Source of the DNA: an uncultured Alphaproteobacteria bacterium
Lineage (GTDB): Bacteria > Pseudomonadota > Alphaproteobacteria > UBA7985 > CAJQQZ01
Reading direction: 5' to 3'
Assembly (NCBI GenBank): GCA_905480575.1
Contig: CAJQQZ010000030.1
Span: forward strand, 3,521 to 67,520
Length of the DNA: 64,000 nt
The notes beneath the pieces are model-generated. The model was not told where the DNA came from and did no database searches. It worked only from the letters and a program-made list of their open reading frames with translations. Shown in pieces: positions 47,929 through 58,368 of this stretch (positions are counted from its first letter, which is position 1; every line of letters starts with the position of its first letter). A program made the position numbers and the translations under genes.

Positions 47929-48111
47929 TTCTGAACAAGTAAAATTAGGGCGATTCCGCCAATCAATTAGTGTCTACAGATTTATCGAAAATCTGAAAAG
48001 CGTGAGAATCGTAAATGACAAAAGAAAAGGGCCTGATTAAGGCTTGTTGTCTCAAACTTGATGACATTGCAGGTTGGAGGCCTCAAAAATTGGCCCAATT
48101 CTCACAAAATG

Positions 48112-48144
48112 AAAAGGGCGGTCCCAACAATTGAGCCGCCCTTT
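48112..48144 (-). terminator. Intrinsic terminator after folD
   Basis: AAAAGGGCGG...CCGCCCTTT inverted repeat. Confidence 0.7.
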
Positions 48145-48165
48145 GATCCAATTCATTGTGGACGC

Positions 48166-49065
48166 TTATCCGAAATCAGGATCAGCAAGTCCATTTTGGC
48201 GGCAAGTGGCTGTCAAAGCATTGGCTAAAAGGCAAGCGATTGTCATTGGCCCGACACCACCAGGAACAGGTGTGATTGCACCGGCCACTTGAGAGGCCGA
48301 TGCATAGTCAACATCACCAACAAGCTTGTTTTTGCCCTCGGGTGTTTGAATTCTGTTGATACCAACGTCGATCACGGTAGCACCTGGTTTAATCCAATCG
48401 CCAGGGATCATTTCTGGACGACCAACAGCTGCAACGACGATGTCTGCACGACGGCAAACTTCTTGCAGGTTCTTGGTGCGGCTGTGTGCGACAGTAACGG
48501 TACAGCTCTCCTGGAGAAGCAATGCAGCCATTGGTTTACCAACGATGTTCGACCGTCCGACAACGACCGCGTCAAGGCCGGACAAACTACCAAGCTTGTC
48601 TTTCAGCAACATAATCGAGCCGAGTGGTGTGCAAGGGATCATCGGCTTGCCGGTCCAAGTCGAAAGTCTGCCAACGTTGATAACATGGAAGCCATCGACA
48701 TCTTTTTCAGGCTTGATCGTCGCCAATACTTTGTCTGAATCGATATGGTCAGGCAATGGAAGCTGAACCAGAATTCCATTGACGCTATCGTCATTGTTCA
48801 TTTCATCGATCAGCTTCAGCAGAACTTCTTCAGACGTTGTCTCATCAAGCTTGTGCTCAATTGAGTTCATCCCCGCTTCTATTGTCTGCTTTCCCTTAGA
48901 ACGAACATAGACCTGACTTGCAGGGTCTTCGCCAACCAGTACGACAGCTAAGCCGGGTACAAGATTGTGTTGTGCTTTAAGATCGCTGACTTGATGCTTG
49001 ATGTTTTCACGCAGTTTGGCGGAAAAGGCTTTACCGTCGATTACTTCGGTCATTTTATTGTCCAA
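48166..49065 (-). CDS. folD: Methylene-THF dehydrogenase / cyclohydrolase
   Basis: [47 protein letters not shown]. Confidence 0.97.
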   Translation of the reverse strand: MDNKMTEVIDGKAFSAKLRENIKHQVSDLKAQHNLVPGLAVVLVGEDPASQVYVRSKGKQTIEAGMNSIEHKLDETTSEEVLLKLIDEMNNDDSVNGILVQLPLPDHIDSDKVLATIKPEKDVDGFHVINVGRLSTWTGKPMIPCTPLGSIMLLKDKLGSLSGLDAVVVGRSNIVGKPMAALLLQESCTVTVAHSRTKNLQEVCRRADIVVAAVGRPEMIPGDWIKPGATVIDVGINRIQTPEGKNKLVGDVDYASASQVAGAITPVPGGVGPMTIACLLANALTATCRQNGLADPDFG

Positions 49066-49401
49066 CTATTCCTGGGGATTTTGTGTCAATTGCTGCGACC
49101 ACTTGTCAAAAAATTCGACAAAAAATGGTGGGTCTATGGCGACATGGACTGTCTTGTTTCGGTCCTTTTCACCCGAAATGATCGTGAGCTGACTTTTTGC
49201 AACCCGCCATTCCTTCGCTAACAGTTTTATCAGCCCTGCATTAGCTTTCCCCTTTTCAGGGACCGCCGCCACTCTGGCTTTCAGCCGAGAGTTTCCAAGA
49301 TAATCAACGACTATGCCATCCAATGTATTCTTCCCCGCATTTGGCGTCAGTCGAAGGAGGCACAAGCATCCGTCATCGGTCACTTGTAGTGGTGATGACA
49401 C
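49066..49401 (-). CDS. DUF167 (YggU) family protein
   Basis: RLTPNA, LKARVAAVPEKGKANAGLIKLLA, SG...RNK. Confidence 0.88.
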   Translation of the reverse strand: MSSPLQVTDDGCLCLLRLTPNAGKNTLDGIVVDYLGNSRLKARVAAVPEKGKANAGLIKLLAKEWRVAKSQLTIISGEKDRNKTVHVAIDPPFFVEFFDKWSQQLTQNPQE

Positions 49402-49404
49402 CTT

Positions 49405-49695
49405 TTAGTTCAGCAACGTCGGCAGATCGTACTGAATGAATGAACGAATAAAATAAATGACCAGAATGAGCGCAATCGGTGAAAGGTCAACACCGCCCAA
49501 ACGCGGCAGAATTCGCCTGAAGGGCGCCAGAACAGGATCAACAATAGATCGGCAAACTTCCCAAATCGTGCGAACAAATGGATGGTGCATATTGACGATG
49601 CCGAACTGTAGAAGCCACGACAAGACCACGTAGATAAAGAGCACCATAAATAGGAGGTTAAGGACTAAGTCGATAACCATAATCAAGGCGTTCAT
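49405..49695 (-). CDS. YggT family membrane protein (start ATG 49695)
   Basis: VVLSWL..FGIVN, PVLAPFRRILPRLGGVDLSPI. Confidence 0.92.
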   Translation of the reverse strand: MNALIMVIDLVLNLLFMVLFIYVVLSWLLQFGIVNMHHPFVRTIWEVCRSIVDPVLAPFRRILPRLGGVDLSPIALILVIYFIRSFIQYDLPTLLN

Positions 49696-49807
49696 AGGAT
49701 TACTGTCCTTTAAACTGTCATTAGGACGGTTGAGGTAAAGCAAAGGTTCCCTATTCGCAACCGAATTTTGTCGTGGTTCATTGACAAGCCGGTGACAAAA
49801 AGAAAGA

Positions 49808-50245
49808 TTGAACGTCGACCAAAAGGAGCTGGCCGTGAACAAAGACGAATTGCAAAAATTACTCGCCGATGTATTTGCACCATGGGTGCAGGCGTTGGAT
49901 TTATCTGTTGATCACGTCAGCGGCAATGAAGTCGACCTCCGAATGAAATTCGACGAGCAGCTCTGTCGAGAGGGTGGTATCGTTTGTGGTCAATCGATGA
50001 TGGCGATCTCTGACACAGCTATGGTTTTGGCCATTTGTTCAGCTTCTGGTGCTTATAGACCGATGGGAACCGTTGATCAAACAACCCACTTTATGAAACC
50101 CATTTCAAACAAGAATGTGATTGCGAAGGCATCTGTGACACGCTTGGGCCGGACAATGGCCTTTGCTCAGACGACCATTTACGCAGAAGGCGACGAGAAA
50201 CCCGCTGGTATAGCGACTGCCGCTTATGCTTTGGCTCCCGCCTAG
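49808..50245 (+). CDS. PaaI-family thioesterase
   Basis: GGIVCGQSMMAISDTAM, TVDQTTHFMKP, RLGRTMAF. Confidence 0.88.
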   Translation: MNVDQKELAVNKDELQKLLADVFAPWVQALDLSVDHVSGNEVDLRMKFDEQLCREGGIVCGQSMMAISDTAMVLAICSASGAYRPMGTVDQTTHFMKPISNKNVIAKASVTRLGRTMAFAQTTIYAEGDEKPAGIATAAYALAPA

Positions 50246-50255
50246 AAAAACGGCA

Positions 50256-50924
50256 CTAGTTGGATACGGCCAGCCTTAGGGCCCAGGCTGTTCCAAGAAT
50301 ACCCACCGGAAGAGCAAACAAAGTCAAAGCGGCAAGGATCAAAAAAGCTCCTTCACTGGGCAAGGACATGAGCGCCATATCCGCGATTGAAACCCCGAAA
50401 ATTAGAATTGGAATAAAGAGGGGCAAGGAGATCAGGGCGACCAAAACCGTGCCACTGCGAGCACCCAACGCAAGTGCTGCTCCGATTGATCCAAGCAAAG
50501 ACAAAGCGGCGACACCAAGAAGAAGTGATCCGACCATCAAAGGCAGAGCCTGGATATCGAGTTGGAACATGACTGCCACGAGCGGTGTAAGCAGCGCTAA
50601 AGGTAGCGCCGTCAACAGCCAATGCACAAGAACCTTCGCAAGCACAATCAGCTCTAGAGGTAAAGCGCTCAGCATTAGGATTTCGATGCTGCCATCGTTG
50701 TAATCTGGCTCCCACAGTCTTGGCAAAGACAGAAGCACAGACAACAAAGCCGTCACCCAGATAATGCCAGGCGCTATTCGGGCCAGCAGGTTTGGTTCCG
50801 CGCCTACTGCTAGAGGGAACAGACTCGTGGTGAGAAGAAAAAAGCTGACAATGAGCAACAAGTCGCCCGGTTGACGCGCAGTCAATTTTAGCTCGTGTCG
50901 AATAATAGCCCAAAATATTGTCAT
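50256..50924 (-). CDS. ccmB: Heme exporter protein CcmB
   Basis: FPLAVG.EP, PGIIWV, DYNDGSIE, KVLVHW, LPLFIPILIFG. Confidence 0.94.
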   Translation of the reverse strand: MTIFWAIIRHELKLTARQPGDLLLIVSFFLLTTSLFPLAVGAEPNLLARIAPGIIWVTALLSVLLSLPRLWEPDYNDGSIEILMLSALPLELIVLAKVLVHWLLTALPLALLTPLVAVMFQLDIQALPLMVGSLLLGVAALSLLGSIGAALALGARSGTVLVALISLPLFIPILIFGVSIADMALMSLPSEGAFLILAALTLFALPVGILGTAWALRLAVSN

Positions 50925-51538
50925 GAAACAACAAACTGCGTTAAAGTAAATTCGGTAAGACTCAACACCGTGCAGTTAGGCATATCAAGGGCGATATGAC
51001 TGGTCAGGATAATGATGCCGCCATCCTGTCTATGCTGCTCTATCTTTTCAAGGAGCATTTCAACCCCTTGACTATCCAGACCCACAAAAGGCTCGTCCAG
51101 TAACCAAAGCTTACGCGTGCCAGTAAGCAACAAAAAAGAACTTCGCCGTCGTTGACCAGACGACAACATCTTCGTCGGCAAATCTGATACTTTGCCCAAG
51201 CCAACATCGCCACTGACCCCGTCTTTGAACCCGAGCAACCGTTGCCAAAAATTCAGATGGTCATCGGGACAAAGTTGTTTCTTAAGGGGTGCTTGATCCG
51301 GTAGGAAAACCAAATCTTGACGATATCTCGTGAGATCTTGGTGTATATTTTCGCCCTGCCACTCAATGTCACCAGACAGTGGGTTTGAAAACCCAGCCAA
51401 AAGCCGAAGCAACGACGATTTCCCGATCCCATTACTGCCCACCAAATGCATCACCTGGCCTTCCTTCAACTCAAAAGAAAGGCCGGAGAAAAGACATCCT
51501 TCCCCACGCATACAGGCTAAATCGCTAACTTTGAGCAT
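50921..51538 (-). CDS. ccmA: Heme ABC exporter ATPase CcmA
   Basis: GSNGIGKSSLLR, LSSGQRRR, WLLDEPFVGLD, TSH. Confidence 0.93.
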   Translation of the reverse strand: MLKVSDLACMRGEGCLFSGLSFELKEGQVMHLVGSNGIGKSSLLRLLAGFSNPLSGDIEWQGENIHQDLTRYRQDLVFLPDQAPLKKQLCPDDHLNFWQRLLGFKDGVSGDVGLGKVSDLPTKMLSSGQRRRSSFLLLTGTRKLWLLDEPFVGLDSQGVEMLLEKIEQHRQDGGIIILTSHIALDMPNCTVLSLTEFTLTQFVVS

Positions 51539-51601
51539 CCAAACTTCTCAAGATCATCCAAGCCAACAGCATAGCTCAATCAAAAAGCGGGACAAAGAGA
51601 C

Positions 51602-51637
51602 AAAAAAACCGCATCCGAGTTAAATTCCCGGATGCGG
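51602..51637 (-). terminator. Strong intrinsic terminator
   Basis: Perfect 9-bp stem CCGCATCCG/CGGATGCGG preceded on + by A7. Confidence 0.85.
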
Positions 51638-51760
51638 CTTCATAAAAAGGAGAACGCGGTAATCAAGTTAGGGGAGCTTAATCTACCAGAGACCTAGGGT
51701 TTTAGGGGGGTAAGCGGAGGGTAACCGCTAAATCTCTCTTTTGTTTTGTTCTCCTTAATT
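51602..51760 (-). ncRNA. Candidate structured small RNA between tlpA and ccmA
   Basis: No ORF. Long-range 9-bp pair 51647-51655/51748-51756, internal hairpin 51713-51729, C/U-rich motifs, ends in the terminator. Confidence 0.45.
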
Positions 51761-51832
51761 CAATAGATAGGTATTATTTCCGGCAAGAAAAGGCCTCGAT
51801 TGAGGCAAAATGGGGGCACTAAGTAACTAATA

Positions 51833-52357
51833 CTATTTATTTTCCACTAGCGACTCGACATAGGTCACAACTTCATCCGAATCCCATTCCAGATCACCCA
51901 CCAATCTAGCGATTTCCCGGCCAGAGGCATTTACAATCAGCGTTGTTGGCAAACCCCGACCACCGAGGGAGCGAAAACCAATCCCTTTGTCGTCCAAAAG
52001 TAATGTCAGTCCTTCTATGCCTTTGTCCTCTAGAAATTTTCTGGGAACGTCAAAACCGCCAAAATCTTCCGAAATAGCGATAACCCGAACCGGTTTGCCG
52101 ACCAACCTGCTTTGTAGTCGCGCGAAGGAAGGCAGTTCTTTTACACAAGGTGGACACCAGGTTGCCCAAAAATTGACCAAGAGAATTTCGCCAGCAAAGT
52201 CTTGCAATTGACGCTGTTCGCCTTGGCCATCCAGAAAGAAGGCTTGAGACAGGTTTCTAGACTCGTCCAGAATATCCAGTTTGTCTTTCAGTGAACCAGC
52301 AGAAGCTCCGACCACCCAAACTAAAGACAGAAAAGTTAACAGTAGAACCCGTTTCAC
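51833..52357 (-). CDS. tlpA: TlpA-family thioredoxin-like disulfide reductase (Sec signal)
   Basis: LVNFWATWCPPCVKELP, GLPTT, GDLEWDS. Confidence 0.9.
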   Translation of the reverse strand: MKRVLLLTFLSLVWVVGASAGSLKDKLDILDESRNLSQAFFLDGQGEQRQLQDFAGEILLVNFWATWCPPCVKELPSFARLQSRLVGKPVRVIAISEDFGGFDVPRKFLEDKGIEGLTLLLDDKGIGFRSLGGRGLPTTLIVNASGREIARLVGDLEWDSDEVVTYVESLVENK

Positions 52358-52360
52358 AGA

Positions 52361-52927
52361 TCAACCATACCTTACCAAGTAGTCGATTAGCGCTTTAGCA
52401 TCGGCAGAATCCCAACCCGCCGGACCTTCGAAGCGGCCACGAAAGTTGCCTTTCTGATCGATGATGAAGGTTGTTGGCGTACCTCTTGCGCCAAAGAAAG
52501 ACAACGACATACGCTCTGGGTCATGGAACACTTCCAAGTTTTTTAAGCCGCGTGCATTGTAGTATCTGCGAATCTTCGATCTGTTTTTGTCGATAGAGAT
52601 CGGCATGAACAGGACCTGCGAGCTAGAGTATCGCCCTGCCGCTTTATTAATCGTCGGCATCTCTTGCTTGCAAACACCGCACCAGGTTGCCCAGATCGTC
52701 GCCACGATAACCCGTCCCCGATAATCACTGACAGAGACATCACCACCGTGTTCGTTCTGGAAAACAAGATTGGGGGCTTCAGAAGGGCTGTCCAAATACT
52801 CAAACATACCACCGGCAAACTTGCCGCGCAGGGGTGGATTGGCCTTGGCGCTTCCGCTAAACAATGGCATAGACAGCGCGGTCGCCGCTACGGCTGACCC
52901 CGTTGATAGAAAATTTCGTCGATCCAC
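52361..52927 (-). CDS. TlpA-family thioredoxin-like protein with twin-arginine signal
   Basis: [34 protein letters not shown]. Confidence 0.9.
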   Translation of the reverse strand: MDRRNFLSTGSAVAATALSMPLFSGSAKANPPLRGKFAGGMFEYLDSPSEAPNLVFQNEHGGDVSVSDYRGRVIVATIWATWCGVCKQEMPTINKAAGRYSSSQVLFMPISIDKNRSKIRRYYNARGLKNLEVFHDPERMSLSFFGARGTPTTFIIDQKGNFRGRFEGPAGWDSADAKALIDYLVRYG

Positions 52928-52960
52928 TCATTCAATCCTTTTATATTTTGGTCTGCCCTC

Positions 52961-54382
52961 ATGTCGAACAACCAATCATCTTCATCCAAAGCCTCATCTG
53001 CAAACGCAATGTGGGGCGGTCGCTTTACTTCAGGTCCTGCAGAGATCATGGAGCAAATCAACGCTTCCATCGATTTTGATCAACGCCTGTACCAGCAAGA
53101 CATTCAAGCCTCAAAAGCTCATGCGACTATGCTCGCCGCTTGTGGAATCATAAGTGACAGTGACAATGAAGCAATTCAAGACGGTCTCGACAAGATAGCC
53201 CAAGAAATAGCCCAGGGGCATTTCACATTTCAGCGAGCTTTAGAAGATATTCACATGAATGTGGAGGCACGCCTGAGAGAATTGATCGGCGAAGCGGCTG
53301 GTCGCCTTCACACCGCACGGTCTAGGAATGACCAAATCGCAACGGATTTTCGTCTTTGGGTTCGCGATTCCAATGATGGCGTTATTGGTCAATTGAGAGA
53401 GGCTCTGAGCGCACTCCTCGACAAAGCTGAACAGCATTCAGCCGTTGTCATGCCCGGCTTCACCCATCTGCAAAATGCTCAACCCGTCACATTTGGCCAT
53501 CACATGATGGCCTACGTTTCTATGTTGCGTCGTGATCTAAGCCGTTTTGAAGACGCCCGTGTCAGAATGAACGAGTCCCCTCTTGGCGGTGCAGCATTGG
53601 CAGGCACAGGTTTTCCCATCGATCGCAATCAAACCGCTGAGCTCTTAGGCTTTGATCGTCCGATGGCCAATTCCATTGACGCCGTTTCGGATCGGGACCA
53701 TGCTTTGGAATTTTTGTCGAATTCAGCCATTCTTGCCACACATCTTTCGCGCTTGGCGGAAGAAGTGGTTATTTGGGCGTCGGATGCTTATTCCTTCATC
53801 TCATTAACGGATGCCTTCACGACCGGCTCTTCGATCATGCCGCAGAAACGCAATCCCGATGCCGCGGAATTAGTTAGAGGAAAAAGCGGACGAATAATCG
53901 GCAACCTCAATGCCTTGCTGGTGGTGATGAAAGGTCTCCCGCTTTCTTATTCTAAAGATATGCAGGAAGACAAAGAACCGGTCTTTGATACCGCTGACTC
54001 AATCAATCTTTGCCTCGCCGCAATGACCGGAATCATTAAAGATATGCAACCTAATGAAGAACGTTTGAGAGCGGCGACCGGAAAAGGGCAAATAACAGCC
54101 ACAGATCTTGCCGATTGGTTGGTTAGGGAACTGGGCCTTCCGTTCCGCGATGCACACCACGCGACCGGGTCAATTGTCCATTTAGCCGAATCTCAATCTT
54201 GTCAGATTTGGGATTTATCCTTGGCAGAGATGCAAAAAATTGAACCACGGCTTAACGAAGGAGTCTTTTCTGTGTTATCAGTAGACGAATCGGCTAGCAG
54301 CCGCCGTTCATTTGGAGGCACTGCACCGCTCAGAGTAAGAGAAGCAATAGTCGCGGCTCGTCAGGAATTAGGGCTATCCTAA
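52961..54382 (+). CDS. argH: Argininosuccinate lyase
   Basis: [43 protein letters not shown]. Confidence 0.98.
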   Translation: MSNNQSSSSKASSANAMWGGRFTSGPAEIMEQINASIDFDQRLYQQDIQASKAHATMLAACGIISDSDNEAIQDGLDKIAQEIAQGHFTFQRALEDIHMNVEARLRELIGEAAGRLHTARSRNDQIATDFRLWVRDSNDGVIGQLREALSALLDKAEQHSAVVMPGFTHLQNAQPVTFGHHMMAYVSMLRRDLSRFEDARVRMNESPLGGAALAGTGFPIDRNQTAELLGFDRPMANSIDAVSDRDHALEFLSNSAILATHLSRLAEEVVIWASDAYSFISLTDAFTTGSSIMPQKRNPDAAELVRGKSGRIIGNLNALLVVMKGLPLSYSKDMQEDKEPVFDTADSINLCLAAMTGIIKDMQPNEERLRAATGKGQITATDLADWLVRELGLPFRDAHHATGSIVHLAESQSCQIWDLSLAEMQKIEPRLNEGVFSVLSVDESASSRRSFGGTAPLRVREAIVAARQELGLS

Positions 54383-54394
54383 GGGATTAAATTC

Positions 54395-54628
54395 ATGTTT
54401 TTATTAAAGAAATTTTCTTCATTCGTGTTCATAGGAGTTTTGGTTTTAGGACTTTGCGGTCTGCAAGCCTGTGGTAAACGAGGCGACCCTTATGCTTCTA
54501 AACCAGCGGCAAGCGCGGAAGCTAACGCTAAACCAGAGAAGGTCGACAATAGCAAAAGCTATCCAGCGCCTTACCAAGACAAAGTTTTACACGAACCTAA
54601 AAAGAAGAAGTTTCTTGGAATATTTTAA
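54395..54628 (+). CDS. Small lipoprotein (LptM/YifL-like)
   Basis: Lipobox LQAC followed by GKRGDP; conserved position between argH and lysA. Confidence 0.75.
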   Translation: MFLLKKFSSFVFIGVLVLGLCGLQACGKRGDPYASKPAASAEANAKPEKVDNSKSYPAPYQDKVLHEPKKKKFLGIF

Positions 54629-55877
54629 CTACCGTGACGGCGAACTTTTTGTCGAAGATCTATCGATCTCCCAAATTAGTGACAGCGTTGGCACGCCCTT
54701 TTATTGCTATTCACAAAGCTCAATTGAACAGTCTTATCAACAACTAGCCTCAGCAATCGAAGGCCTGAACCTTTCGATTTATTACGCCATCAAAGCCAGT
54801 TCTAATCCTGCGATCATCAAAGTTCTTGCGGATCAAGGCGCTGGTGCTGATATCGTTTCCGGTGGCGAGCTAAGGTTGGCTCTGGCCGCTGGTTTGTCCG
54901 CCGATAGGATTGTCTTTGCGGGTGTAGGCAAAACCAGAGAAGAGATGGCCTTTGCGCTTAGCCAAGGTATTCTGCAATTCAATGTCGAGTCCCCGCAAGA
55001 AATCGAAGTCCTCAATTCTGTGGCTGAAGAGCTGGGTTTGATTGCGCCGATTGCGCTGCGCATCAATCCTGACGTCGATGCCAAAACGGACGCCCGCATT
55101 ACAACAGGTAAGGCCGACAACAAGTTTGGTATTGATGCCAAAGATGCGCTCACTCTTGCCGAGCGAAGCAAGAGCCTAAAATCCATCCGCATTGATGGAC
55201 TGGCAGTTCATATCGGATCCCAATTGTTGGATCTAGAACCCTACCGTGAAGCTTACAATCGTTTGGGATCTCTAGCGACAAGTTTCATGAACGCAGGTTT
55301 TGGCCTCCGTCATTTGGACCTTGGTGGCGGTGTTGGTATCGCTTACGATTTAGGCCAGGCACCCGATCTCAATGCTTACGCTGCGATTGTTAAAGACACT
55401 GTCCATCCACTCGGACTTCCACTGATGATGGAACCAGGGCGTTCGCTGGTCGGGCAATCCGGTTTGATGGTTTCTAAAGTGATCCATACTAAGGACGCTA
55501 CGACCAAATCTTTTGCTATTATTGACGCTGCTATGAATGATTTGATCAGACCAGCTCTATATCAAGCCAAGCATACCATCAGACCTGTTAAAGAAAGCAC
55601 AAGCGCCAGCCATAACCGCTCTTATGATTTCGTTGGCCCTGTTTGTGAATCGACCGATACTTTTGCCGAAGACTTCGACTTTTCAGAACTGGAAGCCGAC
55701 GACCTCGTCGCCTTTTATTCGGCTGGTGCTTACGGTGCTGTCATGGCATCCGAATACAATGGTCGGCCGTTGATCCCAGAAGTACTGGTCAAGGGGGATC
55801 GCTATGCGGTCATCCGACAACGCCCTAGCTACGAAGACATGTTGAAACTCTATTCCTTGGCCAGCTGGCAAAAATAG
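54615..55877 (+). CDS. lysA: Diaminopimelate decarboxylase (probable TTG start at 54615)
   Basis: YAIKASSN, DIVSGGEL, FAGVGKT, HIGSQ, DLGGG, EPGR, GPVCES. Confidence 0.96.
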   Translation: MEYFNYRDGELFVEDLSISQISDSVGTPFYCYSQSSIEQSYQQLASAIEGLNLSIYYAIKASSNPAIIKVLADQGAGADIVSGGELRLALAAGLSADRIVFAGVGKTREEMAFALSQGILQFNVESPQEIEVLNSVAEELGLIAPIALRINPDVDAKTDARITTGKADNKFGIDAKDALTLAERSKSLKSIRIDGLAVHIGSQLLDLEPYREAYNRLGSLATSFMNAGFGLRHLDLGGGVGIAYDLGQAPDLNAYAAIVKDTVHPLGLPLMMEPGRSLVGQSGLMVSKVIHTKDATTKSFAIIDAAMNDLIRPALYQAKHTIRPVKESTSASHNRSYDFVGPVCESTDTFAEDFDFSELEADDLVAFYSAGAYGAVMASEYNGRPLIPEVLVKGDRYAVIRQRPSYEDMLKLYSLASWQK

Positions 55878-55882
55878 CGCTT

Positions 55883-58309
55883 ATGCCCAATCAGCCCTTG
55901 AGACTCTACCTGTTAAAGCCGTTGGCTTGGGTGGTTTTGTTGTGGGAGGCTTTTTGGGCTGCTTTTTGGCTCTTCTTTATCTGCCTGGGGTTTGTCTTCG
56001 CCTTAGCCGTCACGCCATTCTCTGACTTTCTTCCACCTCTTTGGCACTTAGGCCTGCTCTTTTTGGCAGGTACTGCCTTATTGGCGACATTTGGTTTGAG
56101 CTGTTGGCGGTTTCGTTTTCCGAGGTGGCAGCAAGTTGTTCGACGCCTGGAGGAAGACAGCGGTTTCGATCATCGACCTTTGTCCACGATGCAGGAAAAC
56201 GCCAACTTTGTTAGCGATGATCCAGACGATCCCGCCGCTGCCCTTTGGAAGGCCCATCGGGAGCAACAAAGAAAACAACTAAAGAAAACCAGAATCAAAG
56301 CTCCCAGAGGCCAGGTATCCACAATGGACCGCTTTGGGCTGCGCATGTTGCCGTTATTGGCGATAGCGATAGTCATCCCTCTCAATTGGCCAAACTTAGA
56401 GACTAACGCCAAAGCTAACATGTGGCCAACCTGGCCGAAACCGCCGGCACCTTTGCCTTTACAAATTGATGCTTGGATCACGCCACCCACTTACGCCGCT
56501 GTTGATCCGTTTGTTGTCGACTTTAGTGAGAACCAAACTCAACGACTGTTGGTCCCCACCAAGTCTGACCTGGTCATCCAATTGCAAGGCGGAACGGAAG
56601 GTGTTGAAGTGATCGGCGGCAACAGCACTTTTGTCCTGTCACAAGTGAGTTCAGGTGCACTTCGGGTCAAGGACACCCTTACAAGCGACCAAATCATTCG
56701 AGTTATGAAATCGAATGAAGAGCAGGCTCGTCTTGTGTTCAAGATTAAACCTGACTTGCCTCCCGTCATTGTCATTGAAGGGCGTCCAAGGTCGACAGAT
56801 CGCGGGTCGCTGCAACTTAAGTACCGAGCAGAAGATGATTACGGCCTAACGTCGGTTCAGGCGAAATTCGAACTCGCGGAAGAAAATAGTTTTGCGCCAG
56901 AGGTCTTTGAAATTTCTGTGTTCACAGAATTGGAAACTCAAATCCAAAAGGACGAATTTTTGTCGTTCGGTGAGCACTTGTGGGCCGGATCAGATGTTTT
57001 TGTCAGCCTGATTGCTAGGGACGTTGCCGGGCAATTACAGGAAAGTTCCCCTTCCCACATCAAGTTGCCGGAACTTCAGTTTAGAAGCCCCATCGCCCGC
57101 CAAGTGATTGCACTCCGCAAACAGCTCTACTTTTTACCTCAGGAAAAAACCACAATTGGTCAGACATTACTGAATGTTGCCCTGTCCGCAGATATTCCAT
57201 TGGATGGGCGTAATTTGAATGAAGAGGTCAACCGGATCGGCCGAGAACTGCTAGGACAAGCAGAAAAAGAGACACTCACTTCCGTCTTCAAAGACCTATG
57301 GAACCTTGCCCTCGCTTTGGATTTCTCACCTTTGAGCCAGGCTGAAGCAAGACTAAAAGAGGCCGAGAAAAACCTTCGCAATGCGTTAGAAAACTCGGCA
57401 CCTGAAAGCGAGATCGAACAAAGAGTACGGGAACTTCAAACAGCGATGGAGGACTTCATGTCTGAAATGGCGCGACAAAGCCTTGAGGACATGTTGAAGG
57501 ATCAAAGCCTAGATCCCACACCACTTGACCAGAACTCGCCAACCAAATCAGCCTTAGATCAACTAAGCGAAGAGCTAAAAGATCTGGCCAACCAGGGGTC
57601 TCGTGAGAAAGCTTTAGAGCTGCTCAACCGTATGAAAGAAATGCTGGAGAACCTGAACAGTAATGATCTCAAAATGAGCCTAGATCAATCCCCAAGTGAT
57701 GGTGAAAACGCCGGAATGATGGGACAACTAGGCGGCATCATGGAGGATCAACAGAACCTATTGAACGACCTCTTCGATGCTATGCAATCAGGTTCTGACC
57801 TCAGCCAAACAGAAGCCGACAACCTTGATTCAGCTCTTAACCAAGAAAAGTTGCGGCAAGACCTGGGTAATCTGATGCGGGAAACAGCAAGAGGGCTGGG
57901 CGATATACCAAAGCCTCTGGGTGAAGCCGAACGCAGCATGAAAAGTGCCGTTGAAGCTCTTCGCGATGGAAGAGGACAGGACGCTGCAAACAATCAAACC
58001 GAAGCTTTGAAGTCACTCCAAAACAGTGCTCAGGAAATCGCCAACATGATCGCACAAAAAATGGGTGAAGGGGCGGCTGGACAAGCAATGGAAGGTTTGC
58101 GCCCTGGAGGTCAACAAGGCGGTGTGGATCCGCTGGGTCGTAGGACAAAAGAAGGTCGTACAGGGAAAGACGATTTGCTTGGCAATGACCCGTCATTGGC
58201 CGGCGACCAATCGGATGTCATTGTGAGAGAACTCAGAAAACGGCTTACTCAGCCCAACCTGAAACCTAAAGAGCGAGCCTACATTCAAAAGCTACTAGAA
58301 AAGTTTTGA
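55883..58309 (+). CDS. TIGR02302/DUF4175 family membrane-anchored coiled-coil protein
   Basis: LE..SG..HRPL, DAWITPP.Y, DDYG, Q/E-rich coiled coil, DPLGR, Y..KLLE.F; usual position downstream of lysA. Confidence 0.9.
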   Translation: MPNQPLRLYLLKPLAWVVLLWEAFWAAFWLFFICLGFVFALAVTPFSDFLPPLWHLGLLFLAGTALLATFGLSCWRFRFPRWQQVVRRLEEDSGFDHRPLSTMQENANFVSDDPDDPAAALWKAHREQQRKQLKKTRIKAPRGQVSTMDRFGLRMLPLLAIAIVIPLNWPNLETNAKANMWPTWPKPPAPLPLQIDAWITPPTYAAVDPFVVDFSENQTQRLLVPTKSDLVIQLQGGTEGVEVIGGNSTFVLSQVSSGALRVKDTLTSDQIIRVMKSNEEQARLVFKIKPDLPPVIVIEGRPRSTDRGSLQLKYRAEDDYGLTSVQAKFELAEENSFAPEVFEISVFTELETQIQKDEFLSFGEHLWAGSDVFVSLIARDVAGQLQESSPSHIKLPELQFRSPIARQVIALRKQLYFLPQEKTTIGQTLLNVALSADIPLDGRNLNEEVNRIGRELLGQAEKETLTSVFKDLWNLALALDFSPLSQAEARLKEAEKNLRNALENSAPESEIEQRVRELQTAMEDFMSEMARQSLEDMLKDQSLDPTPLDQNSPTKSALDQLSEELKDLANQGSREKALELLNRMKEMLENLNSNDLKMSLDQSPSDGENAGMMGQLGGIMEDQQNLLNDLFDAMQSGSDLSQTEADNLDSALNQEKLRQDLGNLMRETARGLGDIPKPLGEAERSMKSAVEALRDGRGQDAANNQTEALKSLQNSAQEIANMIAQKMGEGAAGQAMEGLRPGGQQGGVDPLGRRTKEGRTGKDDLLGNDPSLAGDQSDVIVRELRKRLTQPNLKPKERAYIQKLLEKF

Positions 58310-58368
58310 GGTTTGAACGTTTTGGGCTCAAGCAACCCCCGAGCGCTAACAACCCTAGGAGAAAGCCC

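Noticed and set aside
30400-49065. etfAB, PduO-type adenosyltransferase and folD as dedicated parts of the AcnX/GcvT/MttB pathway
   Set aside because: Biochemically compatible, but they sit in their usual housekeeping neighbourhoods 8-27 kb away; proximity is not evidence.
50260-50934. + strand ORFs of 147 and 193 aa over ccmB
   Set aside because: Antisense shadows of a clearly recognisable ccmB.
51602-51800. 6S RNA, tmRNA, RNase P or SRP identity, and a sigma54 promoter, for the intergenic RNA
   Set aside because: None of their hallmark sequences are present; the GG...GC spacing is 9 nt rather than the required 10.
54471-54614. Long N-terminal extension of LysA given by the ORF track
   Set aside because: It overlaps the lipoprotein gene; homology starts at (M)EYFNYRDG, TTG 54615.
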